Virus record (IMG/VR): IMGVR_UViG_3300007171_000004
Span: 96,001 to 160,000 of that record
Source: a virus
Lineage: Duplodnaviria; Caudoviricetes
Strand: one strand, 5' to 3'
Length of the DNA: 64,000 bases
Shown: positions 48,770-58,700 of the stretch, piece after piece
Layout of the letters: each line of letters opens with the position of its first letter
Position numbering within the stretch: position 1 is the first letter of the stretch
Program-made: the position numbers and the translations under genes
Notes under the pieces: model-generated
Databases searched by the model: none
Told to the model about the DNA's origin: nothing
What the model saw: the letters and a program-made list of their open reading frames with translations, nothing else

Positions 48770-51700
48770 TTATTCTGATACCACTAAAGTAGAGTTTCCT
48801 AACATTTTTAGACCTGTTGGATGAGTTAAAGTACCTACACCCCATGAGTATGTCAATTCACCGCTTGAGTTGAGTTTGATTAATCTTGATTGCTTACCGT
48901 CATTCTTAACATCATCAACAATTACCCAATAGGAATCATAACTTGGATCTTCAATAGCTTTAATCGCATCTCCATTTACGTTTATAGAAGTTAAAATTGT
49001 ATTATCAGAAATTCTATTTAACACTAAGATTCTACCAGCATTATCAGAAGCAGGTGAAGGAAGTGCAACAAGCAAATTCTCACTTGATAATTCAATTGCT
49101 CCACCAAGTTTATTTTCAACAAATGAACATACAGTACTTGGTACACTCCATACTGTTTCACCCGAAGAGTTTAATGCAACAATTGAATCATCAGAAATAT
49201 TAGAAACAATATAATATCCATATTTATTAGTTGTTACATGTATAGGTTCAAGAATATTTGTCATATAAATATTACCAACTAAAACATTGATAATCAAAGT
49301 ATTACTAGCAGTTAACAATGTCTGATCTGGACCATATAAAGATGAAGTTATAATTTGACCATCTTTATTAAAATCAGCAAAATCACTAATAGTCTCTGTA
49401 TACTGACTGATACCACTGAGACATTTACCCTCTCCAGCTAATGATGTATTACTTGAAATTTCTATAAAATTCAAAGCTTGGCAAATATCTGTTGTAGTTG
49501 TAGTTCCATCTGTTAAAGTACCACCATCACTACCTACATAAGAGAATGCCCCGTTTTGAACAATTAACTTAACATCACTTCCCCATGAATTTATTTTAGT
49601 TTTCAGAGTAGTATTGAATGAAGCAACTATAGTAGCAGATTTTCCATCAATAGGATTAAATAAAACAACACTTACACCAGTTTCCGAAAGTTTGATAGAT
49701 TGTTTACCAGACACCAATGTTGAATTTGCTGCTGATGTTATAGAAACATATTGAGAAAAATTGATATATAATTTACCTACATTTGGATTGTAATATGAAT
49801 TTAATAATACAAAATCTCTCGTTTCTCTTTTCAGTCTCAAATTGCCTTGATAGATTTTTGTTATTGCTCCCAAAGAATCAAATTCTACAACTCTATCGTT
49901 TTTAGTGTCAGCAAATAATAATGAAGTTCCAACTGATTCATAGTATTTAGGTTCTAAAAATCCATATTCGCTATAACCTCTCCAAACTTGCACTGGAGAT
50001 TGGTAAGAACTCAATGATAATGCATCAATGCCATCTTCAACAACAACTTCATCACTAGCATCTAATAAGGAGGACTGAAGAGCATTATTCTTTCTTAAAT
50101 ATCTCCACTTGCCTATTTCAGCTGTATTAGAAATAGTTAAAAAGTTAACTGTTTTGCCCGGAAAATCTGAATCTGTTGTGTTTGATCCAAAAGTAATATT
50201 TTCGTATTCTTTTGCAGTAGAAAACCATCCAGTTTGAGCAGTTGAAATATCAGTTTCGTATTTATTCCAAATTTTTAAAGCAGAAGAACCAAGACCATTA
50301 TAAGCCAAGACTAATCTATCTAATGTGGGAGCTAAAGTTTTAGAACTATTAGAATACAAGTTAACAATGATATCAAAATATCTTCCAGTATTTGAACTTG
50401 GGCTAACAGTCCATGTTCCTTGTGTAATCTCATTTGTTAAGTAACTTCCTAATGAAGACTCAACATTTGCTGTTCTTGTGTAAACTCTTAAACTAGTTCC
50501 AGAAGGAATGGTTGCATCCCAAAGGACTTGGTCATAAGTAGTAGTTGTACTGTTTGTATCTAATCTGAAAACTAAAGTAGCATATGTATTAAATAATGTA
50601 TCATTAAAAATAAATACAGAAGATGTTGCATCAGGCAACGTATTCATTGCTGCATTAATTGAACTACTCTGAGTCGATATTGCTATAATTTCATCAGTTC
50701 TGGGGTGGAGTAAATAAAAATTTAGTTCATTGCCGTCCCAAAATTCTGCTGTATCCCAAACAAAACCTATTCCTGCAACGGATGCCAATTGAGCTTCAGT
50801 AAGACCAAATTCAGAAAGATTTTTTTCTACATACAATCTTGTCTTTGGGTCTGTATTATCTTTAGAAAGAATCTGAACAGGAGTAGAAATGTTAATTGTT
50901 GTAGCTACTCCATCGGACATTATGCTCTTTGCAGTTCCACCAGAAGAAAGAGTCAAATAAACATAAACATTTCCAGGTACAGAAGCTACATTAAATCCAA
51001 AGCCGATTCCAATTCTAGATCTTTCAGTCCAATCTTGAGTGGTACTGAACTGATTATAGAAATACCTAGCGACATCGTAATCTTCGTTAAATTGATTATA
51101 ATATGCTGGAGCAGACAAGACAGGAGGTGGCGGTGGTACGACTGAAGTCTTTGTCTTTTTGTCTGTAAATAAATATCCATCTTTCCACTTAGTATCTTGT
51201 AAATTTGTGTCTAAAATTCCAAGATATTTGAGTGTTTTGTCAACAGTTATAGATCCATTAACACCTGAAGTTTGTTCAATTACATAATTTCCAGTTGACT
51301 GACCTGAGGCAGATACTGTTAATACCAATGTTGTATTATTTGTAATTGAGGAAATATTAAACCATGTAGTAATAGCACTAGGATTTGTAGAACCAAAACC
51401 AATTCTTGCTGGTAAAATCAAAGATGACCAAGATGTACCTGAACCTGTTATTGTTACAGTATTTATTGTAGAAACAGAACCAGTAGAATAAATTTTTGGA
51501 GCAGTAATTGCAATATTTTCTGACAGTGGGCTATTAGCAATAACTCTTGCTTGAGCTGCCTTCCATGCTCTATCAAAATCTTCATATGTATTCCAGACAA
51601 TATTATCAGAAGAAATCGTTGATGAATTTGTGCCTTCGAGTCTTTTATTGACCCTATTGATTGTAGCTTGATTTATTCCAGCTGGAATACCAGTTGCTTC

Positions 51701-52606
51701 GTAAGGTTGAGAAGTACTATTCGGCACATAAAAGATAGCATTAATTTGAGTAGCTTCAATATTAGATAATGTGCCTAATCTTTTTAAAGCAAGTACAATT
51801 TTAAGTCTATTGGCTAAAGAAATATCTGATAATCTATAGTTATCTGGTAAAGAAGTAAGTGAAGCTAAAAGCGTATCAATTTGACTATGAGATAGACTTC
51901 CAATATTAGATAAAGTACTATGGTCAATCTGTGGTAATCTATCTGCGGACAGGCTACCTGATGTAACTTTGTCCAAATCCAAGTTCTCAATATAATCTCC
52001 TGAGAGTTTTCCTCTTACATGTTTTGATAAATCAATAGGGCTTGGATTTGTTGCACCACCAATATGCTTATGCTTATTTACAATCCCAGATATAGTTCCA
52101 AATAAACTAATATCTACTCTTCCATATTCTGCTGTATTATAGATTGTTAATGTATCTGGGTCTGTAGATCTATCTACTAATACTGCTCCAAGACCAATAT
52201 AATTATCTGGATCGTTAAGTTGTACTAATGATGCCATAAATTCTACAGTTTTTGCTGAAGGGGTGGTAGCATCTTCTATGGCATATAAGTAAAATAGTGC
52301 AGATGTTGCTCCAGCTGGCAAAGCTGGTAATGCAAAAGTAACATTTGTAGTTGTTTCTGCATATTTCCAAGAAACATGACCTCGACCAGAAGTAATTAAA
52401 ACATTATTATAATCATTTGGGATCGAAAGAATATACCAAGATGGATTAGCTGGGTCTTCATCGAGAACACCATTTCCAAAAATTGAATATAAAGCTAAAG
52501 TCTGTGTATCAATAGCTTTAAATCTTAATTCATCTAAATCTAATTCTGCTCCAATATCTTGATTAGGTTCAAAATATCCAAGCTTATATATTGGTGTCTT
52601 TCCCAT
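48770..52606 (-). CDS. Large virion protein (1278 aa): N-terminus paralogous to the 2894 aa protein, RIGFGST module, C-terminal NHL-like beta-propeller
   Basis: KTPIYK..Y.E vs KRTSIYKY.Y.E; KHKHIGG..NPS.I vs RHVHLGN...PS.I; GKLSG..I.....GSLSADR...IDH. LLFADTKNDRVVEFD blades. Confidence 0.7.
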   Translation of the reverse strand: MGKTPIYKLGYFEPNQDIGAELDLDELRFKAIDTQTLALYSIFGNGVLDEDPANPSWYILSIPNDYNNVLITSGRGHVSWKYAETTTNVTFALPALPAGATSALFYLYAIEDATTPSAKTVEFMASLVQLNDPDNYIGLGAVLVDRSTDPDTLTIYNTAEYGRVDISLFGTISGIVNKHKHIGGATNPSPIDLSKHVRGKLSGDYIENLDLDKVTSGSLSADRLPQIDHSTLSNIGSLSHSQIDTLLASLTSLPDNYRLSDISLANRLKIVLALKRLGTLSNIEATQINAIFYVPNSTSQPYEATGIPAGINQATINRVNKRLEGTNSSTISSDNIVWNTYEDFDRAWKAAQARVIANSPLSENIAITAPKIYSTGSVSTINTVTITGSGTSWSSLILPARIGFGSTNPSAITTWFNISSITNNTTLVLTVSASGQSTGNYVIEQTSGVNGSITVDKTLKYLGILDTNLQDTKWKDGYLFTDKKTKTSVVPPPPPVLSAPAYYNQFNEDYDVARYFYNQFSTTQDWTERSRIGIGFGFNVASVPGNVYVYLTLSSGGTAKSIMSDGVATTINISTPVQILSKDNTDPKTRLYVEKNLSEFGLTEAQLASVAGIGFVWDTAEFWDGNELNFYLLHPRTDEIIAISTQSSSINAAMNTLPDATSSVFIFNDTLFNTYATLVFRLDTNSTTTTYDQVLWDATIPSGTSLRVYTRTANVESSLGSYLTNEITQGTWTVSPSSNTGRYFDIIVNLYSNSSKTLAPTLDRLVLAYNGLGSSALKIWNKYETDISTAQTGWFSTAKEYENITFGSNTTDSDFPGKTVNFLTISNTAEIGKWRYLRKNNALQSSLLDASDEVVVEDGIDALSLSSYQSPVQVWRGYSEYGFLEPKYYESVGTSLLFADTKNDRVVEFDSLGAITKIYQGNLRLKRETRDFVLLNSYYNPNVGKLYINFSQYVSITSAANSTLVSGKQSIKLSETGVSVVLFNPIDGKSATIVASFNTTLKTKINSWGSDVKLIVQNGAFSYVGSDGGTLTDGTTTTTDICQALNFIEISSNTSLAGEGKCLSGISQYTETISDFADFNKDGQIITSSLYGPDQTLLTASNTLIINVLVGNIYMTNILEPIHVTTNKYGYYIVSNISDDSIVALNSSGETVWSVPSTVCSFVENKLGGAIELSSENLLVALPSPASDNAGRILVLNRISDNTILTSINVNGDAIKAIEDPSYDSYWVIVDDVKNDGKQSRLIKLNSSGELTYSWGVGTLTHPTGLKMLGNSTLVVSE

Positions 52607-52830
52607 TAGTCTTCTTGATCCGGTTTATTTTTACTAGTTACTTTTTCTACACCCCAGCGAGAAAATCCCCATCTTACAATATTTTCTTCTGATAAAGTTT
52701 CTGGTTCCAAAATTACTTCTGATTTCAAATAAATTGATGCCTCAGATCTAGGTAAAGGTCTAGGCTCCATTTGTTTTTGGTTGTGTATTTGATAATTAAT
52801 TATATCTGTTAAACTTCTAAAGTCTGGCAA
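52606..52830 (-). CDS. Hypothetical small protein (74 aa)
   Basis: Coupled on both sides (TAATG overlap at 52606). Contains RWGFSRWG. Confidence 0.55.
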   Translation of the reverse strand: MPDFRSLTDIINYQIHNQKQMEPRPLPRSEASIYLKSEVILEPETLSEENIVRWGFSRWGVEKVTSKNKPDQED

Positions 52831-52831
52831 T

Positions 52832-55735
52832 TTATGTTCCTACGTTCGCATCTTTAGCGCCATTTATTTGTGCTGTAATTACATTTGTTTTTTTATCAAT
52901 TATATAAGTACATCCAGTATATAAGTATCTATCAGTAATTAATGGTTCCTGATTGCCTATAAATGTCTGAATTGCAAAAGTTCCATATAAAGTTAATGGC
53001 TTACTTACAATACATGTAAATTTTATATCTGAAAAAGTATTTCTTATTATTCTTTTTACTTGTTTGAAATAAATATTTAAACCTGTATAATCTTGCAAAA
53101 ATCCTGATGTGTCTCTTACTAAATGAAATTTCCTATAGCCTACATAGCCAATTTTGGAAGGTACTATTGTTTTATCATCTACACAATCATTCAATCTTTG
53201 TATTCCTAATTCTGTAAGAGCTGTATCATTAATTGAAACAGATCCATCATAAAATTCATTTCTTCCAATAACTGTAGAATCAAAGCCCTGTCCATACATT
53301 TCAAGCCCAGCAGCTAGATTATTAGTTTGTGATGTAATTGTATAGCTACTTGATAAAACTCCATGCCAATTCTTAGGAAATCTAGAGTCAAATTCAGATC
53401 CAGCAGAAAAATCAACTCCAAATGTTTCTCTTTCTCCAATAAAATAAAGAACATCACTAAAAGAAGGCTCATATCTCCAAGTTAATTGAAAATATCTTAA
53501 CTCTGCATTCCAAATAAAAGATGGGAACCCTCTGTAGTTCAAACATTGATTTAAAATACTATTGATTTTAGGAAGAATAAATTCATCACTTCTTGCACTA
53601 AAGTTTCCAGCATCAGGAACACTATATTGACCATAAGATACTTGATTTCTTAAAGCTAATGTATATTCTGAAAATGTAGGATCTTCTGAAGATTCTTGAA
53701 TAAAGAATTGATTTTGAAAACCTGCAGAGAGTATGATTCTTTTAATAATGTCTAAATACTGCATACCTCCAAATTCAATATATGGAATAGTAAAGCGAGT
53801 TTCTTCTAAGACAGAAGTTACATCTTTAAGGCTAATAGAAATCGTGGATCCAGTAGCTGATCTTACTACAGTTACGCTATCATTTATTCCTTGGTAATAT
53901 GTGTAAAGTTCGTCATATCCAGCTTTGATGGTAAATAATAAGACATTGTTCTCAATAGCTTCTAAAATTCTTGCCCCACGTTCAGTAGTATCAATATTTT
54001 TAAGTGTTAACGTTGCAGATCCTGTTATTAAACTATGATTCTGATTTTTACTAGAGTAAATGATATTTACGCTATCAAAATATGGACTTAAATCTCCCCA
54101 ATTTAAATCAACAATACCAGAATCTTTAATTTCAGAAACTGGAGTATTAAGAACAATTTTACGTAAGCAAGGACCCTCGATAGTTGTGTTCCATTGAAAA
54201 TATCCAGTAACAGAAACAGTATTTTTTTTGGTATTTATTGATTTTGATAATTCATAATATCTTATGGTACTTAAATCACTGCTTCGCTTATCTATGAAAG
54301 CTTGTGTGTCAGAAAATTGATCTGTTATTTCAGAATATTGTTCTAAATCCTTAAATTTATGTCTATTGAAAGCTTCATTTACTTTCTCGGCATTAAAAGA
54401 CTCAGTATATTGCTCTTGTGTGCCTTTGAAAGAAAACTTATACTTGTTCTTCAAAGCGTCAAAATCTAATTTACTACTCTTGAGAAACGAATCAGTATCA
54501 AAATTTTTAAAAGCAATTGGAGCATATGTGTAAGAGCAATTAATATTGTTAAACTGGATTTTAATTTTATTTATTTTGTCCGCAGAATGGATAATTTTCT
54601 CATTATAATTTGAATCAGGAGAAATGTTTAACGGAAACAATGTATCCCATTTTGAAGGATTATCATCTGTGCCAATCATTAAGTTAGATCCAACAAAATA
54701 CATGTGAATCTTAAACAAATTACTATCAATAGAAAAATTTAATGGTGGAGCTTCAACAATTGCGCCGACTAAAGGATGATAATATTTTAAGACAATTTTA
54801 GTGTCAACAATTTCTATTCTATAAAAAGAAATTACTGGAAGCAAATTTGAAAATGTAATATCACCTAATTCAACTACAATTCCAGAAACCGAACTAACTG
54901 AATTTGGATTATTATTTTTGGAACTTGCAGATCTATCAAATGTTAAAGTACAACCACTAAAACCATTTGTATTGATTGATTCAGACCTGCGATAAACTTG
55001 TCCATCATTCCATAAAGCACTGTAAGAAAGCTTAGCTCCATTGTTTGCTAAATCTTGCTTTACAGAAAATAGTCTAGTCATAATGCAAGATGAATTTATA
55101 GCAGATACATAAATTTTAGCTGAACCATCGTTTGTATAGACTTGTCTTACAGATGAACCTTTATAAGTTGGTCCATATTTGTATCCATGATATTTAATTA
55201 TTTGAACATCAGAAGATGAAGTTATTCCTTCTTGATACCAAACATTTGGGCTAACAACAGGATAAATAACGTCTGCAAACTTTGAATTCTTTCGAGTCAA
55301 AACAGTAGGAATGTCTGTAACTTCGTTAAGTTGTAACTGATCTGTGTAAATGCTCGAATATCTTGCAGTTAAATCCAAATCAGATGAATAATTTACAGTA
55401 TAATTTGGACCCTTGATGAGATTGAAAACCGGATGTACATCATCAGGAGCTAATGCTCCATAGACAAATGTACATTCAGGTGCACCAATGTTAGTATTAA
55501 TTGTTGGTAAATACGTCCCAGCATTAGAATTGCTATAAACTAAACCTGTAGTTGCAATTTTTCTATTACCTTTATTGTCTATAGCATATGAAGATTTTCT
55601 ACCTAAAACAAACTTCTCTCCACCATCAAATACTGCAGATACATTACCGCCAGGATAAGTACCGTCTTGTGGATAGTATAATGCTGAAACAGTACAACTA
55701 ATCTTTAATTCTCTTGTGTCATCTAAAAGTGGCAT
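52832..55735 (-). CDS. Putative baseplate hub / tail protein (967 aa)
   Basis: C-terminal half has a hub-like pattern: GSATLTLKN...TIKAGY....YQG..DSV.V.RS.TG..ISISLKD....L...GMQYLDIIKRI..SAG. TAATG-coupled. Confidence 0.5.
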   Translation of the reverse strand: MPLLDDTRELKISCTVSALYYPQDGTYPGGNVSAVFDGGEKFVLGRKSSYAIDNKGNRKIATTGLVYSNSNAGTYLPTINTNIGAPECTFVYGALAPDDVHPVFNLIKGPNYTVNYSSDLDLTARYSSIYTDQLQLNEVTDIPTVLTRKNSKFADVIYPVVSPNVWYQEGITSSSDVQIIKYHGYKYGPTYKGSSVRQVYTNDGSAKIYVSAINSSCIMTRLFSVKQDLANNGAKLSYSALWNDGQVYRRSESINTNGFSGCTLTFDRSASSKNNNPNSVSSVSGIVVELGDITFSNLLPVISFYRIEIVDTKIVLKYYHPLVGAIVEAPPLNFSIDSNLFKIHMYFVGSNLMIGTDDNPSKWDTLFPLNISPDSNYNEKIIHSADKINKIKIQFNNINCSYTYAPIAFKNFDTDSFLKSSKLDFDALKNKYKFSFKGTQEQYTESFNAEKVNEAFNRHKFKDLEQYSEITDQFSDTQAFIDKRSSDLSTIRYYELSKSINTKKNTVSVTGYFQWNTTIEGPCLRKIVLNTPVSEIKDSGIVDLNWGDLSPYFDSVNIIYSSKNQNHSLITGSATLTLKNIDTTERGARILEAIENNVLLFTIKAGYDELYTYYQGINDSVTVVRSATGSTISISLKDVTSVLEETRFTIPYIEFGGMQYLDIIKRIILSAGFQNQFFIQESSEDPTFSEYTLALRNQVSYGQYSVPDAGNFSARSDEFILPKINSILNQCLNYRGFPSFIWNAELRYFQLTWRYEPSFSDVLYFIGERETFGVDFSAGSEFDSRFPKNWHGVLSSSYTITSQTNNLAAGLEMYGQGFDSTVIGRNEFYDGSVSINDTALTELGIQRLNDCVDDKTIVPSKIGYVGYRKFHLVRDTSGFLQDYTGLNIYFKQVKRIIRNTFSDIKFTCIVSKPLTLYGTFAIQTFIGNQEPLITDRYLYTGCTYIIDKKTNVITAQINGAKDANVGT

Positions 55736-58700
55736 TATGCATATCCTATCGAATTATTAACATTCCCATCAGCAAATAATATTCTGGATTTTAATTTGTC
55801 TTGTGAATCTTTATACCAAATATGTAGTTCACCTTGTTTACCGGGATTGTTAGAAATTAGTAACCCAGGCTTTTGAGAAGGAACATTGGTTTCAACTTCT
55901 CCAGATTGCTTGACAGAAATATAGCCTATATTTACCATAGCTTCAAGGGCGCTATCTAAACTATTATTTGCCGAATCGAAAGTTCTGCTACCTGCCACAA
56001 GATTCAAAATAGGTGCAATAGATATAATTTCTTGCGACCCATGTAAGTAATCGTGATTAGGATTTATTATAGCTACAAAGATTCTACCTGCACACCAAAA
56101 GGCTAAACAATATGTATTTTCGATATGATTATATTGCAAATTTAATCCTTTGATTTTTAATGTAGAAGGTATTAATATGCCGGTGTTTTTCATCTCAATA
56201 ATAGGAAACTGTTCAGATGGAATTTCATTATTTACAGTTTTGCCGTAAATAGATCCGGGATTGCTAGCAGAAGAATAGCAGACAAATACATTTCCATATT
56301 TATCAAGTGCAATTCCAGGAAAAGTATTTTCTGGAGAATCAGAATCTTGAGAATCTGCATGAATCAAAAAATTATCATTCTCAGATGTTTTTACTCCAGC
56401 AATCCATACAAATCTATTTTCAGAAACACCATTTGAAAAAACAACAGTTGGATTAGCAAGACTATAAACTACTTTATTGTTTTCTAAAATTCCAACAATA
56501 TGAGTTAAATCATTAATCATATTATTAGCTGTGCTTGCAAAATTAAGACTGTTCAATATTTTAGATGAATTATTAAATGAGTTGTCTTCTGAATCAAAAC
56601 CTATTCTAGACCAACTTCTCTCTCTGCCAGCTGAAAAATTATAATATCCATCAACCGAATTTATCTGTTCGCCAGTTTGACCTAATAATAAACCTAAAGA
56701 TTTATTTCCGTAAAGAGAGTGATTGTTATTATTCATGGTAAAAAGCTGTGGATTATTACCTTTTATTTCAACAGTAGCTTCACCATTCATACCAGCAAGA
56801 TTAGTTTTGGTAAAGAAATTTAATTCGTTTGAATTAGTGGAAAAATATTTGACATAATTTCTGCCATCAGAGAATGTAATAGCTGTAGAAGGATCATCAA
56901 AAGCCACATGAGTAGAAAATGACAAATTATCTTCTACTGCAGTGACCGATATCTCACCAATTTCAGCTTCTCCGGGTACAGTCCTAAACCAGAAATCTTT
57001 GTTTGTATATCCTAATGCTCCAGATCTTACTTCAGTAGAATTCGGCATTGAGAGCTGCCAAGTAGGGGAGTATAGACAACCACTTACATTTAGACCGTCT
57101 GTGATAGTAGTTATCATTGTATCTTTTAAATCATCATCTAAAATAAACCAACAACTTGAATCGTCAAAGGCTATTCCTGGCACTAAATCTAAATCTTCAT
57201 AAAATCCTGGAGAACCCAATTTAGAATCAGAAGCATCTAAATCTAAAAATTTAACTGTATGAGAAGTTATTTCAATAGATTCTAATTCATAAAACAGCTC
57301 TGTAAATCCAAATTCAGTTCTAATATCGCCTAGAGATTTATCAGCAAATAAAGCATATGGATATAAATTAATTCTTAATATTAATTGTGAATTATTATTG
57401 CCTGTAAGAAATGGGAATGCAACATCAAATTTAAAATCATAAACTTTGTTTAAATAACCGGACTTATATATTCTCTCGACAACATTGCCATCTAAAGAAA
57501 TTGAGAATATCTCATATGAAATCCTGAAGTTTAGAAAAGTCTCTATCTTCATTCCTAAATTTGATGGTTTTATTGAAATTTGCCATGTTCCAATGTCAAC
57601 TTTAGCTGAATTTAATGGTCTTATTAATGTGCAAAAGTCAAATATAAAAGATAGTTTGGGATTAAAAGATTCAGCAAAAGAATCAAAATATAATCTTACC
57701 AAAGGTCTTTCATTAACTTCGTCTTGCATAATCAATAAATCTTGGAATGCATTATCAGAATTAGTCTTGGCTATACCTTTATATAAAATATATTCCCCAA
57801 CTTCTGTGCCGTTAACGAGACTTTTAGACACAACAAAAGGTTCAGGTAATTTTGTATATTTAGCATTATCAAACTCAGAAGCTTTTCTTGGATATAAAGT
57901 TGCTGTAATTGCTCTTTGTATAGGAGTTTGTATACCATCACTAGTCGAAGATAAATCAAAAACTACAGTTGGGGTATAAAGCAATTCTTTTTCACTAAAC
58001 TTCTTATTTTTATATTCATCATTAAGTGAAGAAATTGCATATATCCCAACACAAAGTTTATAAGATGTTGCTCCTGAAACTTGAAATCCTTTAACTTCTG
58101 CTGCATATCTAACCAGATCAATAAAAGTAAAATCAGAAGAAATCGAGGATGATACAAAAACTTCATCTAAAGAAGAAGGCTTACCTATTTGAGCCTGAGT
58201 TATATTATTACTATATTTGAAAATAATTTCATTAACATCTCTATATTGGTGAAAATTAGCGGTATTTGGAACAAAATCTTTTGGAACAAACCATATTCTA
58301 GCAATAATATGTGTGTTTGCCATATTTAATTTATCTATAACCTTCGCAGTTACTTTAAATGTATATGCACCTTGAGAAGCTGAAATTGAGGGTTCATAGC
58401 TGAATTTATCATCGCTAACAAAAAACAAAATAGGATCTAAGGCGTTAATAGCGTTCATGCTAAAGTCACCAGATTTATTTGGATTTATTAAAAGTGGTTT
58501 ACCCGAATGCTCCGAAGAATCTGTTGAACTATACAAAGTTTCTTCATTCATAACCAGAGCTGAATTATAATGATCCAGCTCAGGAGTGATAGATTCTTGA
58601 TATGTAGAGCCATCTGGGTATCTGACAAAGACTCTAAATTTTATATCATTAAAAGAAAAGCCTGTACTATTAATAAATCTATAAATATAAGGGGCAACGA

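Noticed and set aside
2811-57979. Short opposite-strand or alternate-frame ORFs in the track (e.g. 2811..3005, 4132..4335, 13828..14070, 18755..19192, 19095..19886, 22174..22557, 25888..26306, 42961..43197, 50789..51145, 57485..57979)
   Set aside because: They lie within long, motif-supported genes, have no RBS or recognisable motif, and are explained by codon bias. They are densest in the biased 18902..19921 gene.
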